From Chiloscyllium plagiosum (taxonomy: Eukaryota): a stretch of 64,000 bases of DNA. The DNA lies in contig NC_057719.1 in the NCBI RefSeq assembly GCF_004010195.1, positions 60,225,051-60,289,050 of the forward strand, written 5' to 3'. Below are positions 1 to 14,053 of this stretch, in pieces. Positions within the stretch are counted from its first letter, which is position 1; every line of letters begins with the position of its first letter. Below the pieces are notes generated by a model. That model was not told the origin of the DNA. It did not search any database and saw only the letters and a list, made by a program, of their open reading frames with translations. Position numbers and translations under genes: made by a program.

Positions 1-938
1 GATTAAGGATTCAGTAAAATCAACAGTGTAAATGCTTCTTTGTAATAATGTATTAAAGAACAAATTTATGAGCTTGCTTTCAAGACTTTGACTTAAAAAC
101 CATTTTAAATTCTTACTTTGTTGTTTATAATGACATTTGGACAGCTCAATGAGATTATTGCTTTATAATTATATTCAGGTAGTCATTGTTCTTTTCTATC
201 AAAGTACTGCAAGTTTATTCAGCATCATGTTTTAAAAGAATCCCAATATTTTTAATGCCCAGAAATGCATTTGCAATGAAAGTAATCATTTGTAGCACAT
301 CAAATAATATCTTTTAGTATGCGTTTAAATATAAACTCTTTTAGCAAATGTACTACTTCACAATTGTTGATATGTCATGCATGATTTATTGCTCCTACCT
401 TATGGTGAGAAAAGCTTCTTTGTTACAATAACCTACAAATAACTAGGAATTCTTGAACACTTACAGACACAGTCCTGCACTTTCATATGAATACCCAGTA
501 CACCGACATTGAAAATAATGTAAGAAAAGAAAGAATATTAGAAAAGATTAGCAGGTAACATAAAACAGAAATAAAAACAAAAAAACCCAGAAAAAGTAAA
601 AAGATAAAAAAAGGAGTTGAGGCTAAGTAGGAACAAAATTCTTGCTGTAATGGCTTAGGGAATGATTGAAATACTGAATGAATAATATCCATCTGTCTTC
701 ACAAAATAAAGTAAGTTAATGCTACAGCAGAAGGGGAGACAGTGATATTGGACTGATTAACAACAGATAAATAGGTTGTCAGCCTCAAAAATTATCAAAT
801 CAACTGCGCCAGAGGGGACACAATTGGGTTTGCCGCTGGAACTAGGGGTGAAGATTGGTGAGGGCATGCTACTAGAATATGTCAAGCCACTTTGGTTATG
901 GGAATGGGGTCAGTGGACTGGCCTATTGGCAATGTTCT

Positions 939-1248
939 GATTAGATTCGATTACATACAGTGTGGAAACAGGCCCTTTGGCCCAACAAGTCCACACTGAC
1001 TCTCCGAAAAGCAACCCACCCAGACCCATTCCCCTACATCTAACACTATGGGCAATTTAGCATAGCCAATTCACCTAACCTGCACATTTTTGGCCTGTGG
1101 GAGGAAACCGGAGCACCCGAAGGAAACCCACGCAGACACGGGGAGAATGTGCAAACTCCACACAGACAGTTGCCTGAGGCGGGAATTGAACCCAGGTCTC
1201 TGGTGCTATGAGGTAATAGTGCTAACCACTGTGCTACCGTGCCACCCA
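939..1248 (-). mobile_element. HE1-type tRNA-derived (V-domain) SINE
   Basis: Minus strand reads gggtggcacggtagcacagtggttagcact...gggttcaattccc (A/B-box-like), then the central tgtgtggagtttgcacattctccccgtgtctgcgtgggtttcc and a CR1-type tail ending in aatct repeats. Multi-copy in the window. Confidence 0.85.
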
Positions 1249-1249
1249 T

Positions 1250-1620
1250 AACTTCTGTTCAAAACAGGTATAAATCTGGCTCTGGAAACTATAGGCCTAT
1301 CAATGATAGGAAAGTTATTAAGGACAATTGTTAAGTACAAACTTAATTCTCACTTAGAGAAACATGGATTAATAAAAAGCAGTCAAATTAGATTTGTCAA
1401 AGGTAAATCATGTCTAGTTAACTTGATTAAGGTCTTTGATTAAGTAACAGAGATGGTTATGAAGATGATGTCGTAGATGGTGCATATATGGACTTTCTAA
1501 AGTGGTTAAGTGCCACATAACAGACCTGTTCACCAAGCAGAGGTGTTTATTATTAAAGAGACAGTTTAATAATGCTGTTATGTAAATGCTTAAGGGACAG
1601 AATGCAAAGTACAATGCTGT
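1250..1620 (+). mobile_element. Old CR1 LINE RT fragment
   Basis: Degenerate match to CR1 motifs (aactataggcc..., ggtaaatcatgtctagttaacttgatt, atggactttctaaag = GNYRP/GKSCLTNL/MDF). Confidence 0.6.
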
Positions 1621-2728
1621 GTCTGGGTTTGTGAATTTCACAAGTTACAGTGGTTGCAGCACCTTCTCTCCCCTATCCTGAAACCAGCTAAGAAAATCAG
1701 TCAGGGAACATGTCAACAATCTTGGAAGTTGCACTGTAGCAAACTGATGGTACTGGCAACAGACTTCCCTCTTGGGAGGACATCATGCCTTAGAGAACTA
1801 CTGGTCAATCAGACGGCTAGTAGTTCTGCAGTCCTGGCAGTGGGAACTATGAGATGTGACCATTGCTAACACAAGGTGCACTGCCATTGTGCTGAGGAGC
1901 CCACTATATCCAGAGTCAAAAGTCTTGGCAAGAGGAGTAAGGATGAGGGAAAAGGCAGGTCAGTCAGATTCAAAACGTTGGGGTGTGTATTTTTGGGTTA
2001 AAATGATGGGATGACCTTTTAGGGGGAAGGTTCTAACAAGCCCAGGGTTCCAAAAAGCAAGACTCCTTAATTGTGCAATCCTGAGATAATATGATCATGG
2101 TAAATGCAGGGTTACAGGGATAGAGTGTGAGACTGGGTCTGGGGTGGGATGCTCTTTGGAGCGTTGGTGCAGCCTCGATAGCACAAATGGCCCCTTTCCA
2201 CACTCTAGGGATTCTATGAGTCTGAGCAGCTCAAGCTGCTGCTGCAGGAAAAGCCCATGGCACTGTCATGTGTCCTTTAATTGCCATCTCAGGGTCTCAA
2301 TAGGCCAAAGACCTGATGAGCTGCCTAATTGCCTCCCCTGAATCCTATGAAATCTCAAACAAGTCAGGGCAGGAGTCAAAGCCACCCACTGGATTTTTAC
2401 ATGCCCCTGAATCCCCATCAACCCACCACCATCCTGGCCTTCAAACCAACTCAGTGGGAGGAAGTAAAATCCAGCCTTATCAGGACTAATGATTTCTTTG
2501 TAACATATATAGTCCTGCATTTGGATTAATAAAGTATAATTTTGAAGTCTGCTGGTGATTGAAAATTTAGGGTGTAAACAAATGGGTGAAATCGGCAGCG
2601 ATAAAGCAGATACTTTGGGAGAAAGACATGGAGAAGCAGTATAGTTAAAATAAATCTACTTTGAGGGGAATGCAAAACAAAAGAAGCCTGAGAGAGCATC
2701 TTCATAAATCTTTGAGATGACAGATCAA

Positions 2729-3033
2729 GATTAGATTAGATTCCCTACAGTGTGGAAACAGGCCCAACAAGTCCACACCTCCGAACAGTAACCCACCCAG
2801 ACCCATTTTCCTCTAAGTAATGCACCTAACACTATGGGCAATTTAGTGTGACCAATTCACCTGACCTGTACATCTTTGGACTGTGGAAGGAAACCAGACC
2901 ACCTGGAGGAAACCCACGCAGATACGGGGAGAATGTGCAAACTCCACACAGGCAGTCGCCCAAGATGGGAATTGAACCTAGGTCCCTGGCGCTGTGAGAC
3001 AGCGGTACTATCAACTGAGCCAACGTGCCACCC
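2729..3033 (-). mobile_element. HE1-type SINE
   Basis: Same head, central domain and (gatta)n tail as the 939-1248 copy. Confidence 0.85.
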
Positions 3034-3897
3034 TAGATGATCAAAGAATTAAGAAACCATATGGAAAAATTGTTTTTATAGACAAGGTTTTGAATACAAA
3101 AGCAGAGAAATCCTGTTGAACCCATCTTCATTCTTAAAGTACCTTTCGAAATTCTGTGTGCCACTCCCACTGTGCTAAGTGGGATGGGTTCACAGCAGAA
3201 CTGGCAACTCAAAACTGGGCATACATTAGGTGCCAATAATTCATTGGCAGCAGCATTTAACCAAATCTGTAGTCTCATGGGTCTGCATATCTCTCAGCCT
3301 ACCATTATGAACAAGCCATTGGACAACACTGGTCCCATGAGGACTGTACGACAGTATGCCAGGATCATAACTATAAAATCTATGAAATTAGATCCAGCCT
3401 GGTGAAGATACATGCATGAGAGAAAGAGCAGCAATTAGAATCTAATTAGATACAGAAAGAGGAATGGGGGTGGGGGGGGAACAAGCAAAAAGAACTTGAG
3501 AAAAGATATGTTTTACTTTTAAACAAAAGTCTTGGATTAATTTACCACCTGCAAGAGTCATAATCTGCAATTTCAATACTTTCCTTTCTGGGGCTCTGAC
3601 ACTGTGCAGCATTGCCGGAACATAAGTAATCCCATCGACTGTCAATGACAAAGATTTTAACTGTGAACCACGCCTGTAATAGTCATGGTTTTGTCTTGTA
3701 AGCTGCCATTTCTTCCAGCATCATAAATTGGAAAATCTATTTAGGTTTGTTAGAACTATCAGTTGACAGTCATGTTGTTCCAAGAGAAATTCCTGTTAGT
3801 TATTTTAATATAACTTTTTAAATAATGACACTATCTCTATGTAGGATTAAAAACAAAGTGATTTCCATAACATTAAAATGTCTCCTGAGCATGTATA

Positions 3898-4155
3898 ACA
3901 TCATAGATTCCCTAGAGTGTGGAAGCGGGCCATTCAGCCTATTGAGTTCACGCAGACCCTCCGAAGAGAATCCTTCCTGGACCCACCCCATCCCTATACC
4001 CCTGACTTTCCCATGGCTAATTCACCCAGTCTGCATATCCCTGGACACTAAGGACAATTTAGCATGGCCAGGAAACTGGAGCATCAGGAGAAAAGCCACA
4101 CAGACTCAGAGAGAACATGCAAACTCCACACAGACAGTTGCCTGACGGTGGGATC
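3898..4155 (-). mobile_element. HE1-type SINE, degenerate/internally deleted
   Basis: Contains tgcaaactccacacagacagttgcctga, caatttagcatggcca and the gattccctagagtgtggaa tail. Confidence 0.75.
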
Positions 4156-4159
4156 AAGG

Positions 4160-4860
4160 ACCCCGGGCAAAACTGGAATCAGTGGGTATCAGATCAAATT
4201 CTTCGCTGGCTGCAGTCTTACCAGTCACATAGAAAGATGATTGTGGCTGTTGGAGGTGAGTCAGCACCTGGATATCTCTGCAGAAGTTCCTCAGGGTCCT
4301 AGGTCCTACCATTTTCAGCTGCTTCATCAACGATCCACCTTCCATCATAAGGTCAGATGTGGGCATGTTCACCAATGATTGCACAATGTTTTGCACTATT
4401 CATGACTGCTCAGACAGTGAAGCAATCCAAGTTCAAATGCAACAAGATCTGGACGAAATCCAGGCTTGAGCTGATGAGTGGTAAGTAACATTCACACCAG
4501 CAGCATGCCTGGCAATGACCATCTCCAATAAGCGACAAACTAATTACCTTCCCTTGGCATTTAATGGCATTACCAGTACTGAATTTATTACTATTGACAT
4601 CCTGAGGGTTACCATCAATCAGAAACTCAACTGGATTTGCTATATAAATACAGTGACTACAAGAGCAGGCCAGAGGCTAGAAATTCTGCAGTGAGTAGGT
4701 CACCTCCTGACTCTCCAAAGCCTGGCCTTAGCTACAATGCACAAAGCAGTAGTAGGATGGCATATTCTCCATTTGCCTGGATGTATGCACCTTCACCAAC
4801 ACGCAAGAAGCTTGCCATCATCTCGGACAAAATAGCCCACTTCATTGGCACCACTGTGAA
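4160..4860 (+). mobile_element. CR1/L2-clade LINE RT 3' fragment
   Basis: gttcctcaggg-cctaggtcctaccattttcagctgcttcatcaacgat (VPQG..LGPTIFSCFIND) and atgttcaccaatgattgcaca (MF-DDC-like), with frameshifts. Confidence 0.75.
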
Positions 4861-7800
4861 GTAGAAACTCCAGGCTAAGTGTGACAATGCACTTTTCAGT
4901 CAATGCACAGAAATTAATCTTCATCTCCAGAGATAAATTGTTCTGCAGTTTGTGACAAGAAAAAGATAACCTACACAGGTGTATTGGGGTCAAGATGGGA
5001 GATTTAGGTTAGCATCCTATTAGATTTTCAGTGGAGAGCCACAGAAGAGCACCTTCCATGTTGGGGGGAGGTTGCATGCTGGTCGTGCTACAGCAGACAT
5101 AGTGACACACTTTGTCTTAACTTATACATTAATAACTGTCTAGAACTGACTGCAAAATGTGTAGGAAGTTTTTGCACAGCAACTTAAAGGACACTTAGAT
5201 TTGTATGTGATTGAAATTATGCTGGAATAACAGTTCAATGTTACCGCTGAGTGAATACACATTTATTGACATTCCAATTTATCACCATAACTTGATGGAT
5301 TTTTGCCAGTTTTTGATCAGTAAATTTGCAAGGTATCCAAAAAGAAGTGCCAAGAACTGACTACTTCCTGTCACCCAGCTTCGCCTTCAGGTGAATATAA
5401 CATCCTAATTCCAAATCTGTGACACATAATTAGCAAAAAGCAGCTCTATCATTGAATTCTTTTACCTACACTTTGTTTCAAAACAGTTTGGAATGTCGGA
5501 AACAAAGAAATGAACTTGAATATAACTGGGGAACTTGAATATAATTGAACAACTGCAGCATTGTTTTTCCTATTTATAAAACACAGCAGCAAATAAACCA
5601 TTCTTTGCATACCGAAGTGAATAATGGAGCTCTTGAAATCAGTTAACTTTAGAGCTGTTAATTAATAAATCTACCAAGAAGTAGGACATTAGATTCTTTC
5701 TTTAAGACTGCATTTCTACAACAAATTGAACCATTTAAACCAAAAATAGGTCTTACAGACTGTACTAGAGAGGGATGAATAAGAAATGTGCCTGAAATCA
5801 GATGCAACACTCTCAGAGAACAATGTAGTAATGGAGTAATGAGCTACCTGCTACACATTAACAGGTTGTATTTATAAAAATAAGGCATGTTCTACATTTG
5901 AAAAAAATTGATTTTATTTTAAACATGTTTGAATATTTGTAATATTGCATTTTTCTCAATCACAGTTCCATGCAAAGCTATAATCAGAGATGATTTATCC
6001 TGAATGTACAGAAAGGCTATTAATATGCAGATTTCACAAATGGCTGATTGCCTGTAAGGGTCATTAAACAAATTCTTATTTTATTAATTATATAATCTGT
6101 CACTGTATATTTACAAAACTTTTAACTTTATACATTTATGATTGAAACCAACAAATGCCAACTACAATTTATTTGGTTCTTTTGTTGATGTGTTCAATAT
6201 ATTAACATTCAAAATACACTTTTAACACAATGATTATAAAATTGAGTACTTTTAGCATGGTGTTTATAACATTAAAAATGTTTTAAAATTAATTAAATGA
6301 TATAATTTTGCTATTAAAATAACTAGAGCTTGTAAAATAAATAAAATGCTTGCTTCATTCAAGAAGTATTCCATCGTACATAGCAACTTCAATGTACTGT
6401 TAAATGATCATAAATAATTACACTCTGTGTAGTCCAAAATGAGTTCTTTTTAATCATCTAATGCATTCAGACATTCTAAACACTAAACTAAATTTGAGGC
6501 AAAGATGGTGGGGTGGTAACATAAGCTGACCTCAAAAGGGCCATCAATTCTACCTGAGTAGAATGCTATTTAAAGTACAGAATAGGTTCATGACTGCAGT
6601 CAAATATCAACTGGAAAGTAGAATACATTCTTGTTATTGGATTAGCAAAATAGTTCCATTAATTATATATCTCAGAAACTAGGAGTCAGTCTTACAGAAT
6701 GCAAGGTATCAAAATTGAGATATGCTGCTTATGAAAATTACAGAAAATGAGTCTACTAAATAATATATCTTTTAAAATGATAAATACTCCCTTTGCACTT
6801 AGAATTCAAGACATTTTCTGATTCTTAGTGTAACATCACAATTTTTAGACTTTCCTCCTGAATTACTTCAGTATCCTAGGTCCGATTATTTTACTAAATA
6901 CAATTAAACATATGTCAAAGTATTTCCATAAAATCTAACAATTAAAGTGGGAATGTCTTTTCAGAAAAGGGATTTATTGAGTTTTTTCATTGAACAAAGT
7001 ATCCCTGACAAATCTTAGGAGCACTTCAGGCAACCTGTTTACTTGGTCTTTTGTTATCAGTATGCAATTCACCCTGACTTTCAAAAAGCCTTGCTAAGCA
7101 ATAACCCCCTAATATAAATACCAATTTAAAGAATTAGAGTTTAAAAGGCAATAACAGTGATAACAAAATCTAATACAAAATGTTTGCCTTGACTGAAAAC
7201 TAGTTTTAATTTGCATAACCTTCAATATTATTAAATAAGACTTCACTACATTAGTAAATTTTGCTTTTAATATTCACACCAAGAAATGTATGGAAACAAG
7301 TTTGAGCAGTTACTCTATCACATTTAAATTCCAAAAACACAACAAAGCAAATTCAATCTCCATCCTTCACAAATATTATAGGGTTATAAGCACTCCAGGC
7401 ATATTACTTCTCAAGACAGATCTAATTTAAGTCTGGTATTGAAAGGAATGGTAAGGGTACATATATATTCATTTGTGCCACCCAATCAAAGAACCCCATT
7501 AATATTTCCAACAAGTCACAGTATCTGCACTGAATACATTAAACCTACAGCTGTAAGCCTAGATTGTTGTTTCCATTAAAAATGCAAGGTATGTTTTCAA
7601 CATGGTTTTACATATTATGCAAATTTTTTCAAAATTCCATTATAGTTGGACCAATATTTCCTGACCAGAGTTGACACATGGATTATCTAAATTTTAATAG
7701 CCTTAACACGTTTTTATTGATTAGGATTTAAAGCCGAGTGAAAACAATGCAACAAGCCACTTCTCTGATCTGTCAGTAATTTTAAAATGTATATATTTAT

Positions 7801-8659
7801 AATTGTGGCATTTCTATGTATACAGCACAATGGGATATCAGTTCTGGAGACCTGAATGGGCTGGGTTCTGCAGTAAAAGTAATGGCGAGTCTAAGAGTGC
7901 TCACTGTAATTTATGGGCAAAACAGGCAGTAACTTCTCATAACTGCAGTGAAGTTGGGGGTGTGCGAGATGCTCTGTAACCCAAATGTTATGTGACAATG
8001 CATCTTGCCATCTCATTCACCTTTGAAATACATTTGATGGCATGAGGTTACTGTACTTATTTCACAGATAAGGAGTAAACACATTTTTTTAAAAATCTGA
8101 TTGTTCAGCAGATATACCAGTTGCTTGCCCTTTTCACATATACCATGTGCACTCTGAATGGTTAAGATGATCAGGTCACACAAACTTGTCAATTTCAGTC
8201 CCAATTTCTCCTGTATTACCTTCCCACTGATAATCATTGCTTTGAATTCCACACTCTCAGTACAACTTTGGATCTTAATTATTTCAGGAAGGCTTCTTAT
8301 ATTTTCATTTCAAAGACAAAATACTTATTTAGAATTCCCTGTCACTTCTTTATTTCCTACGAAAAACATTCCTATAATGTACCTACAATTGCCTTTGCTA
8401 ACCATTTCCTTTTTACATGTTTGCAAAGCTTTTACAGTCCATATTTATATTTCTACTACTTTACATATGTATTTTATTCCTACTTTTGATCAATTTCTTG
8501 ATCCTCCTTTGTTGAATTCAAAGATCCTACTAATCTTCAGGTTTACAACTTTTTTGGGCAACTTTGTAACTCTCCTTTCATCTAACACCATTTTTAATTT
8601 CCCTTGCTAGCCACGACTCTCTCATTTTTCTTGTTATGTACGATTGCCTTAAAGGAATA

Positions 8660-9233
8660 CAGAACAACCTTGATTATCCGAATGAGACAGGCAGGGAATA
8701 TTTTGTTGTGGTTCTGTTCGCTGAGCTGGGAATTTGTGTTGCAGATATTTCGTCCCCTGTCTAGGTGACATCCTAAGTGCTTGAAAGCCTCCTGTGAAGC
8801 GCTTCTGTGTTGTTTCCTCCGGCATTTATAGTGGTTTGTCTCTGCCGCTTCCCGTTGTCCGTTCCAGCTGTCCGCTGCAGTGGCCGGTATACAGGGACCC
8901 AATATACCAGCCACTGCAGTGGACAGCTGGAACTGACAACCGGAAGCGGCAGAGACAAACCACTATAAATGCCGGAGGAAACAACACAGAAGCGCTTCAC
9001 AGGAGGCTCCCAAGCACTGAGGATATCACCTAGACAGGGGACGAAACATCTGCAACACAAATTCTTAGCTCGGCGAACAGAACCACAACAATGAGCACCC
9101 CAGCTACAAATCTTCTCGCAAACTTTAAGGGAATATTTTCTTCAGATAACCGACGTTTTTCCAGAACCTTGAGATCTTGTTCGGATGATTCAAAATTCGG
9201 ATAATTGACATTCGGATAACCAAGGTTGTCCTG
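8660..9233. mobile_element. MITE (Tc1/mariner-pogo-like) interrupted by a PLE palindrome
   Basis: TIRs cagaacaaccttgattatccgaatg (8660) and cattcggataaccaaggttgtcctg (ends 9233), preceded by TA. Related to the 52046-52197 copy. Confidence 0.75.
8703..9127 (+). mobile_element. Poseidon/Penelope-like element 3' end with inverted duplicate (head-to-head pLTRs), hammerhead motif at 9014-9053
   Basis: Arms 8703-8891 and 8903-9091 are reverse complements. The + arm has an extra 36-nt tail to 9127. TSD agggaatatttt at 8693-8704 and 9128-9139. Encodes DPIYQPLQ, the GIY-YIG ORF C-terminus also seen at 63243-63500. Confidence 0.85.
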
Positions 9234-9299
9234 TGTATGCTTTTTGAAAACCAAGGAATATCCCTTTAAATACTAGCCTTTTTCTATACACTGTCGAAC

Positions 9300-11000
9300 C
9301 TTTTCATGTAATTTTCAAACCCAGCACAGTCAGCATCCTCCTCAGAGCTACTTAAGTGCCTTCGATTAGATTCTAGGCACCAGGTTCGAATTGAACTAGA
9401 CTACTTTAAACATAAATGTAAAATTCTATCATATTATCGTTACTCTTCCCTAAAGATTGTTGTACAACAAAATTATTAGATAGCCCTTTCTTATTGCATA
9501 ACACCAGATCTAAAATAACCTGTGCCCTAGCTGATTCCTTAATTATTGCTCCAACAAACTATCTCAAACTACATTCCAGTAGTTTTCCTCCACAACACTA
9601 TTAGATTTACCCAATCTATATGTTGACTGAAGTCACCCGTGGTTACTGAATGTCCCTTGCTATATGCACCTCTACTTTCCTGATTTGTACCATACATTAT
9701 CTTGACTGGTGGCCTATGCACCATTCCTAGAATTGAGTGTAGTCCTTTAATGATGCTTAGCTCTACCCAAATAGATCCTAAATTGTGTTACTCTGATTAG
9801 AGATTCTCCCTGACTAACAGGTTGACTATCAGTACACTTATTATCAACAATAACCCAATTCCTTTTCCTTTTTACCTTTATCTCCTAAATGTTGAATATC
9901 CTTTAAAATTCAGTTCACAATCTTGGTCACCTTAGGTCACATCTCTGTTCTGGTAATTAAATAATATTACTTTATTTCTACTCATGCCATTAGGTGACCT
10001 ATCTTGTGAATGTTACATGCATAAAGATAGAGTACTTTTAATTCTGACTGTCTAACTCTTTTTTTGTAATTTGACTCTAGCCAATTCTCGGATCTGTTTT
10101 AGTTGCATCCCATTTTCATTTATGTCTTTGTACTTCCCATAACCTGTTTTGCTTGTCTTCTAACACGATTTCCAATATAAGTTCCACTGACAATTAATTT
10201 AAACCATTTGCAAAAGCACAAGCAAATTTCCCTACAAAGATACTAGTCCCCGATCTGCTAAGGTATAAGCTAACCTCCTAATACAGGTCTCAGTTGCCTC
10301 AGAAATTGAAAGCCCTCCATCCTGTATCATTATTCCAGTCACACTCAGTCTTCCTTTTCCAATATTCATAACCATGTTGAACTGGGAGTATTCTTGGGAT
10401 TACTGCCTCAGAATTGTTGCTTTTCAGTATTTTGCCTAACTCCCAAAGATCTACTTATAGAACCTCATCCCTCTTTCTATCAATGTCACTGATGTCAATG
10501 TTGACACTGACCTCTGACTCTTGCCCCTCAACCATTCTGTGACATCCTTGACCTTGATACTGGGAGGCAACATACCATCTTGAAATCATGTCATTGGTCA
10601 CAGAAACATCTTCTGCTCTTCTAGTTATCAAATTACAACCATTATTAACCTTCCACTTTCCACTCCCATCCCCTCCACCTTTGCAGCTGAGCTACATTGA
10701 GTGTCACAACCTTGGCTCTCACTGCATTCCTCTGATGAATCATCACACTCACCAGTATCCAAAATGGGAAAATAGTGAAAGAGGTACACTGAGAACCCCT
10801 GCACTATTTGTCTAGTCTTTCTAGACTACCTAGTTGCCACCCATTTCCCCTGTGCCTGCCTGGTCATAATCTGCACTGTGTCCACTTTGTTCAACATGCT
10901 ACCAATTTAGTTCTCAGATCTGAAGAGATATCGCAGTGACTCTAGCCACTGCTCGAATTTCAAAACCTGAAGGACAGGTTTTTGCAACTGGAACCACTTC
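9300..11000 (-). mobile_element. Highly decayed CR1 LINE (ORF1/endonuclease region)
   Basis: Segments such as gacatccttgaccttgatactgggaggcaacataccat match the CR1 copy at ~39750-39790 (atctttgatcttggctccagggaggcaacacaccat). Confidence 0.55.
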
Positions 11001-11029
11001 CTTCACAATTGATTGTCGAGGTCACATAT

Positions 11030-12600
11030 GTATCCATGACTCCCAAAGTGGCCAATCAGCTCTTCAAACTTGCTCCACCATTCAGTGAGATCATGGCTGA
11101 TCTTCAACATCAGCACCACTTCCTGCACTTTCACCGTATCTTGCCATGTTTTTAATATGTAGGAATTTACCTCAGTCTTGAATGTACTGAATAACTGAGT
11201 CTCCCTACCATCTGGGGTACAAATTACAAGCATTTAACACTCACTGAGTGAAGAAATTTCTCCTTATCTTAGTCCTAAATAGCTTATCCCTTATTCTGAG
11301 ACTGTTTCCTCTGACTATTCTGAGACCTGTCTCTCCTGGTTCTTGACTCCACAGTGAAGAGAAACATCGTTCCTGCACCTAATGTGTTGAGCCCTATAAG
11401 AATTTTATAAGTTTGAATGAGATCACCTGACATTTTTATCTATTCCAGAGAATATAAAATCAGTCTATTTTATCTCTACAGTGATTTTTTATTGCATCTG
11501 CACTATGGCAAAGCTATCTTTTCTTAGGTAAGGAGACTAAAACTCCATGTGTAGTCTCACATTGCTGTAAGACATCATTATTCTTAACTCTCATTGTAAC
11601 AAAGGCCTACATACCATTTGCCTTCTTAATTGTTTGCTGTATCTATATATTAACTTCCAGAGAATTATAAACAAAACACCCAAATTTATTTAATGTTCAA
11701 CACTTTCCAGACTCTCACCATTTTTCCTATCAAAAGGATAACTTCATATTTCTCTGCATTGTCTTCCATCTGTGGTGGTATGATGGCTGAGTAGTTAGCA
11801 CTGCTGCCTCACAGCGCCAGGGACCTGGGCTCGATTCCACCCTTGGGTAACTATCTGTGTGGGTTTCCTCTGGATGCTCGGTTTTCTCTCTCAGTCGAAA
11901 AATGTGCAGATTAGGTGGATTGGCAATACTAAATTGCCCAGAGTGTTCAGAAATGCACAGACTAGGTGGGTGGAATGTTTTTTGGAGAGTCGGTGTGGAC
12001 TTGATAGGCTGAATGGCCTGTTTCCATATTGTAGGGATTCTATGATCTGCTAAATGTTTTTGGCCACTCATTTGGCATTTTCAAATTCCATTGAAGCATC
12101 TTTGCATACTCCTCAGAACAACATTTCCACCTAGTTTTGTGTTATCTAGAAACTTGGAAAATATTATATTTAATCCACACAAGCAAATCACAGATATGGA
12201 TTGTGAACAGCTGGGCTCAAGCACTGATCATTACAGTACATCACAAGTCACGGCCTGCCAATCTGAAAATGATATATTGATAACTCATTAAAATAAAGAG
12301 TAGGAATTAATCTATGCCACTATATTACTCTCTAATCTCAATCTCATGTTCACTAACCTCTTGTGCAGGACTTTATGAAAACCATTATTTCCATCTACAT
12401 CTTCTATTTTAATTGCACCCTCCCCCCTCCCCACCCGACAGACACACATCCACCACCACCAATCCTCCCTCCCCACCTGTTCTGTTGGTTACATTCGCCA
12501 AAATTTCCAATTGGTTTGTTAACTATGACTTCCTTTTCATAAATCTGTACCTAATCCTGCCATTATTTTCACAGCATCCTGTTCTCACATCCTTTATTAT
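11030..12600 (-). mobile_element. Decayed CR1 LINE 3' part, interrupted by an HE1 SINE
   Basis: CR1 3' UTR and RT motifs in reverse (gtgaagaaatttctccttatcttagtcctaaat; ccacctagttttgtgttatctagaaacttgg). Confidence 0.7.
11772..12045 (+). mobile_element. HE1-type SINE
   Basis: gtggtggtatgatggctgagtagttagcactgctgcctcacagcgccagggacctgggctcgattcc head; tail gtagggattctatga. Confidence 0.8.
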
Positions 12601-13935
12601 AGTTTGTGTTGTAATCCTGAAGTTCATATAAATACCAGCACATGTATAGTAGAAGAATTTTTAAAAGGCTGGACAGCAAAATATTACCTAGATTAAAATA
12701 CTGTTACTACTAGAAAACTGATACAGAAACAGAGAAGGCTATAAACACTTAGCAGAAACGAAACATCAGTAGAGAGAGGGAGAGAGGATAAATATTTCAA
12801 GTCAATGACCTTTCACCAGAATCATTTAACTTATCTGGCTAACAGCAAATATTTTTAAAAAAAAACTTCTGATAGCTACCTCAGAAAAAAAATTACAATA
12901 ACAAGGAATGAGGAAACTAAGTATTTATTTGGTGATGGTAAGTCATAGAAGCCTTTCCTTGGGACTACATGTTATTCAAATCTTGTATGATGCATAAATC
13001 CCCAAGCTCATATTGCACTTTGTCAGGGTTTGAGTGCATCACAGGAAAGGAAATACTTAACACACACATCTTGTTGGTTGTGCAATGTCACTTGCTGTAA
13101 ATTTTGAAAGGTTTACTACACAGACCAACTTAGCCTTAAGCGAAGGAAGATGTGCATTAGCAGGGGAGCATAAAAAATGAAGATGCTGAAAATATGCTCG
13201 TCAAAATCATCAACGTATCAAACATAATTAATCATTGCTTGATTAAAACAAAACTGCTTGCTTTTGTTATAGACCACAAGGTAACAGAATAAGGGATTCA
13301 CAACAGGATCATTTTTGTCTTTAAAAAGAGATAATACTGTAGATACTCAGCAGATCTGCCACCTATGGAGAGAAAAACAAAGTGAACCTTTCATCAGATG
13401 TTTGTCTTCAAGCCTTTAAAAATGGGGCATCTTTTCACCTTCGCTGCTTGGGGGCATTAAGCATGACTTTAGCAGATTGCAGGCAAAAATCTGAAGGAGG
13501 GAATGCTACCCATCCTCCATCATTTGTCATTCATTAAAGTTACCAAAAGGAAAATCTGGCAGATTCTATAACAGTATGCATTCTTCTACTGCTTTTATTT
13601 TTCTGCCTGTGCTCCATCTCTATTGAGATACTTAATAAGCTGCCAGTGAAGCCAAAATTTAATCCCAGCTTATTCTCCAGTGGGGAAACAACATTGCATA
13701 TTCAGAGCAACTCAGTACTGATAGCAGCACAGTGCCATTAACTTCTATCCAGAACTTATACTGTTGAATTCCATTAGAAGTTACTAAATGCATGAGCTGC
13801 AGCCCTGGTGTCTCTTCCTAACTTTTCCCTCCCTCTAGCTCTCTTCCTTTACGATACTTGATAAAACTGGCCTCTTTGACCAAGCTTTTGATTACCTACT
13901 CTAATATTGTTATGTGGCTCGTGATCAAATTTAGT

Positions 13936-14053
13936 TCTAAATTATTTTGAATCAACCTGTTCAGACATTTTATGACAACTTTTGGGCAGCTATGAGTTGA
14001 ACCCAGATTTTCTGGCTCACAGTTAGGTATACCATTACGGTGACACACAACCC
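13936..14053 (-). mobile_element. Short (~120 bp) tRNA-like SINE
   Basis: Minus strand has gagccagaaaatctgggttcaactc...tctgaacaggttgatt. TSD tcaaatttagt at 13925-13935 and 14054-14064. Homologous copies at 46044 and 54341. Confidence 0.65.

Noticed and set aside
1046..1249. Recurring 'CLCGVCTFSPCLRGFP' peptide (also 2832, 56036)
   Set aside because: Translation of HE1 SINE copies, not a gene family.
8158..8610. 150-aa hydrophobic ORF
   Set aside because: T-rich low-complexity sequence with no recognisable domain or splice context.
8594..9254. Mirror-image ORFs on both strands
   Set aside because: Artefact of the palindromic PLE insertion.
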